Source: Lama glama
Taxonomy: Eukaryota
Assembly (NCBI GenBank): GCA_028534125.1
Contig: CM052817.1
Location: 95,916,001 to 95,980,000 of the forward strand
DNA length: 64,000 nt
Reading direction: 5' to 3'
How positions within the stretch are numbered: position 1 is the first letter of the stretch; each line of letters starts with the position of its first letter. A program made the translations under genes and the position numbers. Positions 37,951-48,845 of this stretch are shown here, piece after piece. Below the pieces are notes generated by a model. It saw only the letters and a program-made list of their open reading frames with translations, did not search any database and was not told the DNA's origin.

Positions 37951-38427
37951 GCTGCCGCCACTATTGATAACACTACTGTCACTAAAACTGTCCTTCTCTC
38001 CTCTGAGCTTCTTGAAAGCAAATGCGTTAGTTATCTCCTTACCTGCATCCATAATTCCAGGTATAATGCCTCACACATTGATGGTCTGTAATTAACTGTT
38101 AGTTGGGTAGATTGAGAGATTATTGCATTTCTAAAAAGAGCCAACGCCAGACAGTCAGATGAAGGTGTTTTTCACGTGGATCACATGTTCACTATTTATA
38201 TCAAGTTAAGCCAGAGTTGTATTTTGTAGGTAAGTTGGAAGAATGGATTTGAAAGGCTTTAGGAAGGCTATTCTGATGGAGCCAGCTAACATGGGGCTGC
38301 CAAAGCAAACGCACAAAGAGGACTTAGGGCGCTGATTCTTCCTTGCTTTCCCAAGATTCCAAGAAGTGCATAGTATAAGGGGAAAAAAAATAAGCCAATA
38401 CACATAGTGGAAGCCTCTTCCATTTCC

Positions 38428-38711
38428 CTTTTTTTAAATTGAAGTATAGTCAGTCACAACCTGTCAGTTCCCGGTGTACAGCTGAATGTCCCAGTCGTGC
38501 ATATATATATACATCTATTTGTTTTCACATTCTTTTCCATTAAAGGTTATTATAAGATATTGAACATAGTTCCCTGAGTTATATACAAAATTTACTTTTT
38601 ATCTATTTTTATAGATAGTGGTTAACATTTGCAAATCTCAAACACTCAAATTTATCCCTTCCCACCCCTTCCCCCCCGGTAACCATAGGATTGTTTACTA
38701 TGTCTATGAGT
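38428..38711 (-). mobile_element. L1 3' end with TSD
   Basis: ttttaaattgaagtatagtcag...tgtacagctgaatgtcccagtc. TSD ctcttcc(a/g)tttcc at 38415-38427 and 38712-38724. Confidence 0.9.
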
Positions 38712-39559
38712 CTCTTCCGTTTCCTTTTTAATACTACTTTCATTGGAGAGTATCCAATAAGGTAGACAACCCTCCTCCCCCCAGAAAAGCTGACTGCCAC
38801 TCCAAGGCAGCAACCGAAGTCATGATCCATGGACTGAGCAGAGCATCAGGGGAATCTATAATTCCAACCCTGGTCAGTATACATTAAGATCACATTATTA
38901 TAGCTTAAGATCCAGTAAATATAGAAAATATAAAGTTTTACCAAAAAATGATGGTTTGTTAATATCTTCTGTACTCCTAGAAAGCACAAAACACTCATAC
39001 TTATATAAATGAAATTTAATCAATGTTATTTGCTTCCTTTTTTTCAAGTGTCTGTATTTGTATTTGTATTTTTAATCTAAAAATTTTACTATATTTTTAG
39101 CAAAAATCTCATATAATAATTCAAAAATCACAAAGTATGCATCCAAATATTATTTTAGTATCTCCTGATTGGTGGTAGCTGACTGCGTTCAACATTAAAG
39201 TTTATCTCTGCTTAAAGCACAGTTAACAAACTGAAGTTCAATTAAACGATTAAATTAAATCATTAAATTCAACCTCAGAAGTTTACTAAACCAGAATTTT
39301 CTTATTATTGATGAATAATGCTTCAAAATTACATTGAGTGGTAAAGAAAGGGATGGTTACCAAGTTATCAATATCTGAAAGTTCTGCTCAGGCTCCATAA
39401 GGTGGGTAGGTATATATTTACTGTTACTCAACATATAGTAATTTTAGTCAAATGAATCAATGTTTTAGGCAAATTCTAGCATCAGAGAGTCTGCTTGAGT
39501 CTTGGCTCTTTTTCCTATTAGCCATGAGGACTTGAACAAGTTATTATCTTTTTTCTTTT

Positions 39560-39835
39560 TTTTAAGCTTTTTTTATTTTGAGGCTCAAAATAAACCTATC
39601 ATTGCAGGTTCACATGCAGTTATAAGAAATCATACAGAGAGCTCTGTGTACCCTTCACCCAAGTTTCCCCAATGGTAACATCTTGCGTAACTTTAGTACA
39701 ATATCACAACCAGGAAACTGGCAGTGAAACAATCCATTCATCTTACCCGGAGTTCACCAGTTTTACATGTATCTGTGTGTCTGTGTGTGTTTAATTCTGT
39801 GCAACTCTATCACACGTGTAGATTTGTGTGATACA
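39560..39835 (-). mobile_element. L1MC-like 3' fragment inside a MIR
   Basis: ttcacatgcagttataagaaatcatacagagagctctgtgtacccttcaccc...aatggtaacatcttg. Confidence 0.75.
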
Positions 39836-39898
39836 GAACATCTGGGTAAGCAAGTTATTTAGTGTCCCTTTGTCCTCTTCAGTAAAACTCAGAGAATT

Positions 39899-40216
39899 CA
39901 GTTTTATATCCTTTATCCAAAAATCTTGGAGCCAGATGGGTTTCAAAATTTTCCACATTTATGAAAGGTTATATCGTGTATATACATTTTAAGTAACCAC
40001 TCCAGTGGGCTCTGGGGAAGCACTCTAGAATCAAATACATTACATATTTCTTCAGCAAAACATATTAGTATTCACATTTAATGAGATAAATACAGTGAAA
40101 AAACAGCCTCATGTCATTTCAGGTCAGATATTGTCCTGACCCAAACTCTTTTGGTTTTTGCTCTTGGTTTTCAGAGCTCTTCTGTTTCTGAATGTGGACA
40201 AGGAGTGGAAGACCTG
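39899..40216 (-). mobile_element. TcMar-Tigger MITE (MER46C-like)
   Basis: cctttatccaaaaatcttggagccagatg...gcctcatgtcatttcaggtcag...ttttcagagctc...gacctg matches the recalled MER46C reverse complement. Confidence 0.75.
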
Positions 40217-41001
40217 TGATTCCTCCTTCACGGGGCTGCGGGGAGTGCTAAATGATGACCCGCGTGCAGAGCACACAACCCTCACTAAGGCACACTTACC
40301 TGTCTCTGTCATCAACACTGCTATAGTTTTGACAGACTAGAAAATACATTAAAGTGTTAAAAGGGACTAAATGATGAAATTCCAAGTGAATTTTTATTTT
40401 GTTATCTATACTTTTCTATACTTTATAAATTCTAAGTAATGGCCATTTACTATGTTTAGAATATAATATTTTCTACAACTTAAGAAAATTATTTCCCCTT
40501 TATTTTAAAGGATTTACTTTCCTAAATATTTCCTTCTAGATTTTCTTTGCCTTGCCTTTTCTTTTATCACAAAGACAAAAATTCTTCTGAGTTTCCTGTG
40601 TTGAAAATGTTCGTGGGTTATAAATTCATGAAGGGCAAAGAAACTGTATTCTTTGACTCCATATTCAGATTTTTTTTTTCTCCTCTGAGCAACCTATAAG
40701 CAAGTCTTTTTTTTTTTTTTTTTTTTTGCTACGCACACTAAAAACATAGGTTAGGTAATCTACAACATATGTCTTCAGTTCCTGAGTTACTGGAATAATG
40801 TATTTATAGATCTGTGAGCTGTTTAAGATCAAAACAGTAGGATGCCAAGATGAATACCAAAATTCTCACATTAATTCTCCTAAGAATTATAGTCTCTGCT
40901 TCTATACGAAAATATTTTAAAATTGTAACTAAAGCCAAAACCGAAAACAATAAAACAGGCAAAACAAACACACACTTCTTTGGTTTCCCTGTCGCCCAGT
41001 G

Positions 41002-41207
41002 CAGTGCTGTCCAACAGAGCTTTCTGCAGTGATGGGAGCATGCCAGTCTGCATTGCTCCACACAACAGCCACAGGTACCTGCTTAAACACTTGAAGGGTG
41101 GCTACGGCAACCAAAGACCTAAATTTTAAATTGTTTTTAATTTTCTAATTTAAATTTAAATTTAACTAGCCACATGTGCTTAGCTACTAGCATATTAGAT
41201 CGTGCAG
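41002..41207. mobile_element. hAT-Charlie MITE (MER3-like)
   Basis: cagtgctgtccaacagagctttctgcagtgatgg...tagccacatgtg...tattagatcgtgcag. Confidence 0.8.
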
Positions 41208-42302
41208 CTCCACAAAAAGCCAACTGTTTATGAATTATTTTTCAGTGGAGACACTGAATGCCACCTCTCTTTTTAAATGACTTGTAATGTTAACTGGGAG
41301 CTCTTTTCTACAATTTTACTTGAAAAGGATCACTGAAAATCTAATTGTCGGAGCCCCCATGAATGAAAGTTTCTGTTTCATTGGGCTACGTCGATGGTAG
41401 TTGGCTAAAGAATCCATTGCTTTCTCCAACATTTGTGCTTGTCTCTACCAATTCTCTGCTTCTTTAGGCTGTATTACTAAGTATGTCTAATAAGTAAATA
41501 TCCCCAAAGTGGTTCCAGGCAGACAAACATTAAAGGCAAAATAAGACAAACAACACACATAGTCAATAACAAATAAGCCTTCAATCAGAGAACAAAAGAG
41601 GCAGGTGACAAAAGCTAAGTTAAAAAAAAAAAACCTATCACTGTCCAAAAAACCCCTTTAGATTCCACCTCAGTACACTGGCCCTATTGCTCAATATGAA
41701 AAACTTTACCCAAGTTTTGAAAACATCCAGAAAGCTTTTGTTTCAGCCGTCAGTATACTGCAGCTCACAACTAACACCGCCAGACTCCTCTCTCATCAAC
41801 TATTCGCTAAGATGTCCAGCTTTTCCTTGGAGCCCCTTACCTCCACATCAGCAGGGTTTAAGAGATGACGCATGCCTGTGTACATTTCAGAAAAAAGGGT
41901 GGGCTTTACGCAGGTCTTAACGCTAAACGAGAACACGCATAAGAGAAGGGAAATCAACCCTTTTAGTCAAAGTGGAGCTTCCAGCGAGCTGCAGGCAGCG
42001 CACAGCGTGAGAGAAGCTGGCTCCAGAAAGTGCCCATGTGTTGACAGATGAATAAGGTTTGAAGGCTTAATGGTACAAATGTTCTGTCACTGGTCCTGTT
42101 ACACAAGGCTTTACTTAACCAGAACTGCCAAAATCTCCAAAGCTGTTGACAACCAAGGCTGTGAAATTAATTCACTCTTCACTGCGACATTAAATGAGCA
42201 AGTTACTTTTACACAGGTAGTAACCCTGCATTGATTGATTAACTGAAGGAAACGAAGGATCATTTGGTCTGGTCTAAAACTTTAAAGGAGGAAGACTAGA
42301 GA

Positions 42303-42469
42303 AGTGGAGGGGGTATAGCTCAAGTGGTAGAGCACATGCTTAGCAGGCACAAGGTCCTGGGTTCAATCCCCAGTACCTCCTCCAAAAGTAGATACATAAA
42401 CAGACCTAATTACCTCCCTACCGCCCGCCTAAATAAATAAATAAAATAAAAATTAGAAAATAAATGAAA
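42303..42469 (+). mobile_element. Camelid tRNA-Ala-derived SINE (Vic-1-like), full length
   Basis: gggtatagctcaagtggtagagcacatgcttagcaggcacaaggtcctgggttcaatccccagtacctcc with an A-rich tail. Perfect 15-bp TSD gaggaagactagaga (42288-42302 / 42470-42484). Confidence 0.93.
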
Positions 42470-42939
42470 GAGGAAGACTAGAGATCATAAAAGAATACAA
42501 CTTGTACCCCTTCCTTCTTGAACAAACCTGCTAGATATTAAATTGTATTGTATACCATTTTTATCAAGTACAAATTCATTTCGTTTCACAGGTGAGAGAT
42601 CTACAAATGCCAAGTTCCCCCCAAAGTATGAATATTCAAAATAATCCGGGAGGAAATTAAAATCAGTTAAGAGATACTGGATCTGGAATCACATGTGAAA
42701 ATAAAGATACTGCAGACTCTAAAATTACTCCCAGTATTAACACTTGGTGTTTGGGGAGGTTAAAGCTTTTCTGGGCATCTCAGTTTCAAGTAAATAACGA
42801 CAAGTTATTTTGAATGCTACCCAGCCTATACTTGTCCTTGTCTTTTCCCTACTAGTCACGGTTATCACCACCAAAATGAGAAAGCGAGCCCCTGAGCACA
42901 GAGACCACAGATGCTCACATATTCCTCCAGCAGGTCTGC

Positions 42940-43165
42940 TATGTTAGGGTACAGGGCCCAGACATCCTGGGTTCAAATCCTGCTCTACCATTGTGTGACC
43001 CTAGGCAAGTTATGTAACCTCTCTGGGTCTAGGTTTCCTCAGTCAAATGGGGATAAACACAGGACCCACATGCCTTAGTGTTATTGTAAGGACTGAATAA
43101 ATCCATACATGCTAAATGCATGGTACAGTTTTTTGCACTTAGTAAATATCCAAAAAACATTCATT
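42940..43165 (+). mobile_element. MIR SINE
   Basis: cctgggttcaaatcctgctctacc...tgtgtgaccctaggcaagttatgtaacctctctg. Confidence 0.85.
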
Positions 43166-45459
43166 AATATTTTTATGAGTAGAGTTTTTTGAGCAAGGTT
43201 AGTCAAAAAACAACAAAACAGCTTTGTTTTTTGTTTTGTTTCATTTTTTCTTGATTGGGGGATGTATTATGGAAACTCTGATGTGCAGCAGAAAACAGCT
43301 TCATTTTTAAACACTCAATATCAAGGTAACCAGAAAGAAGGGCTGATACAGGAAATGAGGTTACCCTTTCGAATATATCTTTGCTGGTAGCATTGGCAGG
43401 TACATTCTGCTATCCTAAATGATGCTTCTATGAACAGTCATCTTGTGATTCGTATAATATGAGGGCTCTACAGCAGACAAATGAGGCTTTTTCCTAAGCC
43501 TGATTACTGATAGAACATAAAATGAGAAATGTTAGAGGCATTATCTTTGTTATTACAGTGAGTGATTTATTCTACACCATAGCTCAGGGATCCTCATATT
43601 AACATATCTTGCAGCAATCAATCATATTCAATTTTGACTTTCAAATCTTTGTGAAGCATCAAATGATACTGCTAAGCATACAGCTTAATTGTAGAGACTG
43701 CTGATGTGGACGATAATGCTGTTAGTGGGCCCCCAAAGCTAAATCAGCAGTATTGAGCTGGAAAATAAAGAGAGGTTGGAATTCTGAAGAAAAAGAGTTA
43801 ACCTACCAATTTAAACAAGATAAACACACTAAAAATAATTTGCACAATTTTCTTCATGCATTTAATAAACATGTGTCAGAATAAACAAAAATCACAGAAG
43901 CTGAAAGTTAAAAAAAATCAATTAAAATAAAGTCACAGGGCAAGGTAGAGAATGATTTCTGGCAGTTATTTGATATAATATGGTTAATATTTCCAGTCAG
44001 TCAAATTAACACAATTTTGCCACTATAGATTTACAGTCACAAAATGCACACTCCCAAGAGGTTTATTTTATTCCAAGAATCAGAGTAACAAATTCCTTTT
44101 AGGCCTAGAACAGTTTGACTTACTTTCTTCTAAACTTAAGTAATGAAAGAGGAATTATCCCTCAGAAAAAATTAATTTGCTATACATTCACATTCGGCCG
44201 TCTTTTCCCTCCTTGATTTCCCCTTCAAAGCCCTTGGATGGAAACCAGTCCATTTATCGCTCCATTTGTATCAACAGATATGCTTTTATTTCTTATCGGT
44301 CTGCCTATTCGGATCATGTGTACCCTGCCATGTTATTGATCGAAAGAAGCTCAGGCAAGGTGGTGTCAGCTCATATTCCTACAAAGAGTCCCCTGAGCAG
44401 ATTGGTGAGGCACTTAAGGTCAAGTCAGAATTGTCTGTTTCCACATTAAAACTGCAGGGCACAGAGAGAAGAATGCAGACTTCTCAAGCATGCAAAACAA
44501 ATACCAACATTCAGCCTTTCAGGTTTTTATCTTCCCCCTGTTGAGTTCAGAGGTACTTTTCATGGAAGAAAATTGGCTTTGTAAACACAAAAATTCCTTG
44601 AAACCCTTCTTCTTACTCTCCATGCTTTCCTCTTTCTTTCTTTCATCTCTTTTATCTATCTTGCCAAATGGTTACTCCAAAAAGAGAAAAATCATAAGGC
44701 AGATAAAGTCATTAACGACACCATGGTTGAACAGAGAGGATCCAGTACTCCCCTAACAGGTTAACCTGGTGTTTTCCTGATGGTTTGTTAGGTAATCCGT
44801 ATACTTTGAAGAAGGAGAGAGTAAAGTTAATCACATTTGCCAACTGTATGTTTAGCACCATAAACACTCCCAAGATCTGGATGATTGGAAGAACCTCAGA
44901 AGTCGTTGATCACTTTCCAGAGCACATAGTTTACGCACAGCACTTTTTTCTGGAACGAGGATTTCAAAGATGGATTAATATGCTTGCCTTCAGGGAATTC
45001 ACAATTCATTGTCTTACAGCAGTGCTAATGATGTGACATGAACATGTCAAAGGACAGAACAACAGCATCAAGAGCTAGAGTCAGACAGACTGGGGTTCAA
45101 GCCTGTCTTTCACACACTGAGGGACTCTTGAACTTCATTTTGCCCAAACATAACACAGCCATCGTAGTATTTATCTTACGCAGTACTCTTGGTAGATGGT
45201 TAATAAAAACCAGTTTGCTTTCCTCCTTATATCCAAAGTCAAGAGCCATTCATTTGGTCTAAAGGCAGAGAAGATCATGGGACAAGGCACCAAAGGAAGG
45301 GCCAAGGGGAGGTTGGTTCTGTAGAAAAAGTAGGGTTTCAATACAGAAGACTGGGGAGTAAGAGATTCTTAGCAAAGAAAGCATCATGAGGGAAAAAATG
45401 GAACTGTAAAAAGCATGTGGTTAAAAAAAAAAAGCACATGCTGGCATGTTTGGAGGCAG

Positions 45460-45865
45460 CAGAACAGAGCAGTTAAGAGTGGGGATTGTGGGATCAGCCT
45501 GCCTGAGCTGGGACGGTGTCGCCTACTTAAGATGGCCCGGGGTGAGTGATTTGTCTACTCTGCACTTTCCCCATGTACTGCTCACATATAACAGAATCTA
45601 TGTCACAGGGTGTATTAAAGATTAAATAAAATATGAAAACGAACATATGTATGTATATGCATGACTGGGACATTGTGTTGTACACCAGAAACTGACACAT
45701 TGTAACTGACTGTACTTCAACAGGAAAGGAACAAAACAAAACAAACAAAAAGATTAAATGGAGGATATATGTGTATAGGTACACATATATATGCACATAT
45801 AGCCTCCGTTTATATGTATACACAAAACAGGGTCTCAAGTATAATAAATGTTACTGCCATTATTG
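45460..45865 (+). mobile_element. MIR interrupted by a short L1 tail
   Basis: gcagttaagagt...cacagggtgtattaaagattaaat...ataaatgttactgccattatt. Confidence 0.6.
45628..45748 (+). mobile_element. Very short L1 3' end with TSD
   Basis: gcatgactgggacattgtgttgtacaccagaaactgacac...tacttcaa plus an A tail. TSD aaagattaaat at 45617-45627 and 45749-45759. Confidence 0.88.
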
Positions 45866-46105
45866 TTAGAGCTATTACTACAACTCCTAGAGGCCTGTTA
45901 CTATTGGAGAAGTCTAGATGGGTTGGGGGTGGCTCAAGCGTTAGGAATATGGACAAAGTATGGGTGGTATTTTTCATCCTGCCTTTGACTCCCAGGCATC
46001 TGACTGCCTAGCACTCTGAAAGCACTACTTTACCTCAAATGGGTGAACGGGTTACTTCTGTCAGGCTGCTCTATGTCTCCTCCCATGACTAAATATATTC
46101 TGTTC

Positions 46106-46290
46106 CGGTGCTTTCTACACCTGGTTGTGCATCAGAATCCCTTGGGAATCTGATTTAAAAATAAACAAACAAACAGAGACTCTTGGGTCTAAACCTAGAG
46201 ATTCTTATTCATTATATTTAAGGGGAGGCTGAGACCTCATTTTTAAAAAGGCTTCCCTGGTGACTGATAAACAGATAAATTTAGAGATCT
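46106..46290. mobile_element. MER5-family MITE (degenerate)
   Basis: ggttgtgcatcagaatcccttggg...agagattcttattca...tttttaaaaaggcttccctggtgactga. Confidence 0.6.
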
Positions 46291-47162
46291 TCATTGTCGT
46301 ATATTCAGAAGCCAGCTCACTGTTTTACTCTTTATCTCCTATTGAACGAAGTAACATCTAGCTCATTCAGTAATAAGAGATTCAAAAAGCACTAGCCGCC
46401 TTTTTATTTTTAATCTTACAAAAACACTCTTTTTAAAGAAGACTATAAGGAATAAGGTATAAGATATAAAGAATAAGATTATAACTCCTTTCTTAGTTAC
46501 TGAAGTGTTTTGCAAGGATGACAGCATGAAAGAGCAAGGAATGACGAGGCAAGGTAGATTTCCATCAAATATTAAAAAAGAAAATACCCTTTTCTTGGAC
46601 TAAATAACACAACATTGTCAAAAGAAGTTGTTTCACCATTATTTACTCAACTCTCGTTTACATGACCAACGTAAACTATAAAATGAGAAATCCAAGGAAT
46701 TCATTCTGGTCTCAACATTACTACTGGGAAGATTCCAATTTTGATTTGCCAGAGTCCATTTGTTTCTTCAGTAGGTCTGTCGGAAAGACTATCGATCAGC
46801 TTTATCAGGGAGCCCTATTTGCTTCACAAAATAATTGTTTATTTTATTAAGATCATTTATAGCTTCTCGGTGCACCTAAAGGTTTATTGATCATTACTGG
46901 ACAAGGAGTCCTAGACGAAGGACATTTTAAGCAAAAGGCTGATTAGAAATACAAATAAACATCCCTAAAGTTATAATATAAAAATAATTTTATGTGATTT
47001 ATAAATAAGTTTAAAGGCAGGGCAAGATACAAGAGCTGGTAAGGTAAGTTCAGGAACCAGGTCAAGAAGCGCCATTTTAGAAGTGTAGACTTCATCCTGA
47101 GAGGGAGGAGGAGCTACTCAGGGATTTTGATGGTAAAATTTACATCATAAAAAGATCTAATA

Positions 47163-47600
47163 CAGTAGCTCTCAACATTGAGTACATAAATCACTTACGA
47201 GCTTTTAAAAAATATCAGTGTCTATAGAAAACAAACTTACGGTTACCAAAGGGGAGAGGGGAAGGGGATAAACTAGGAGTTTGGGATTAGCAGGTAGAAA
47301 TTACTATATATAAAATAGAAAAATAATAGGGTCCTACTGTGCAGCACAGAGAACTATACTCAATAGCTTGTAATAGCCTATGATAGGAAAGAAACTGAAG
47401 AAGAGTATGTGTAACTGGACCACTATGTTGTACAATATTGTAAATCAACAATACTTCAATTAAAAAAATCAGTGTCCAAACTCCCCAACACCAGGATTCT
47501 AATTTAACTGATCCAGAGTGGGGCCCACACAGCAGCAATTCAAAAAAAAAAAAAAAACTACCCAAGTTATTTTACTACATAGCCAGGGCTGAGAACTACC
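47163..47600. mobile_element. MER5A-like MITE split by an L1
   Basis: cagtagctctcaa ... ggattctaatttaactgatccagagtggggccc ... agccagggctgagaactac. Confidence 0.7.
47223..47467 (+). mobile_element. L1 3' end with TSD
   Basis: tagaaaacaaacttacggttaccaaagggg...aaatcaacaatacttcaat. TSD atcagtgtc at 47214-47222 and 47468-47476. Confidence 0.9.
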
Positions 47601-47849
47601 TCTCACAGTGGAAGCCAGGAGACCAGCAAGGCTTTGGAGAAAAACAATAGCTGAACAAGGGGCTTGGTGGTGGAAGATGGAGAAATGTGAATCAATCTGA
47701 CAGATACTCAGGTGATAAAATGAATGGGAGGTACTGATTGGTTGCCTGTGCAAAGTGAGGGAAAATACCTGAAGCAAAAATTACCTCTGGGTTCTTTCCC
47801 TTGCCCTTAGGAAAATGGGCAAATTGTGGTGCTATTCATTGGTCTTAAA

Positions 47850-48055
47850 TTCTACTGGAACTGGGTTTGAATCTGGCTTGTCCATTTTCTGTTTTGAGAC
47901 TTTGGCCAAATTATTTAATATCTCTTTGAACCCTATACAAAAAGGAGACAGTATCAGTTACTTCACAGAAGTATAGTAGAGATTATATGAGGTAACGCAT
48001 ACAAAGGACCTAGGACAGTGCCTATCACATAAGAGGAGATTAATAAATGCTTTTC
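47850..48055 (+). mobile_element. MIR SINE
   Basis: ctgggtttgaatctggc...cagtgcctatcacataag...aataaatgc. Confidence 0.7.
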
Positions 48056-48429
48056 CCTTTCATCTTATAGCACAAGTACTCCAGGTGTAGCTATTCTGGA
48101 AAGTAAGTGTACTCATTCAAATTCCTAAAGAAACTAAATTTGTTTCAATACATGAAATCATTTTAATACAGTATTTAACAAATATTATGATTTCTACTTC
48201 TCAGAAGATGCAAGACATTTAAAAAGAATGTCTTGGATGTTGGAAAATAGTTTACCATCATTTCTAGAAACACAGACACATGGAGAGAAACCATCTGCTT
48301 CTAATGTTGTTAAATTATTTCAGAAACAAACAGTAGGGCTGGAAAGGAGCTTGACAATGAAAGAGTGATCTTAGGAAAAGCATTTTAGTTTCAGTTTATA
48401 AGAACAGGGTCTCTGAATACCTGGAGGAA

Positions 48430-48845
48430 TGCTCTCACTTTATGGTCTTTGCATTAAGACTGTTTCCTTTGCCTGGAATGTTCTTTTCCCAATATCTTCG
48501 TGACCAACTCCCACGATAGCCCTCAAGTTTTCCCTCTCCCTAAATGATGCCAACTTGATCACCCCAATTAAACCACAACCTCCCCCTCCGCCCCAGCTCT
48601 TCTGGCTTCCTTTAACCTATCATCTCTTCTTCTTTCTGTTTTTCCTTAGCTCTTACGTCTTTTTCAAAAACTGTATAATTTACCTATTTGTTTATTTTTA
48701 ATTGTCTTTCTCTTCCCCTTAGGCTGTAAATTCCATGAGGGCAGAAACCTAAGCTTATTTTATTAATATATTATTGTCATGCCAAGGACCTAGAATAGTG
48801 CCTGGCACAAAGTAGGTATGAAATGAATGTCTGTTGAACAATAAA
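48430..48845 (+). mobile_element. L2 3' end
   Basis: tttgcctggaatgttctttt...ctgtaaattccatgagggcag...cctagaatagtgcctggcacaaagtagg. Confidence 0.85.

Larger units (their letters stand above)
47030..47820 (-). mobile_element. L2 fragment hosting a nested MER5A and L1
   Basis: Antisense L2 text on both sides of the MER5A (gacttcatcctgagaggg... / ...ggtactgattgg). Confidence 0.55.
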
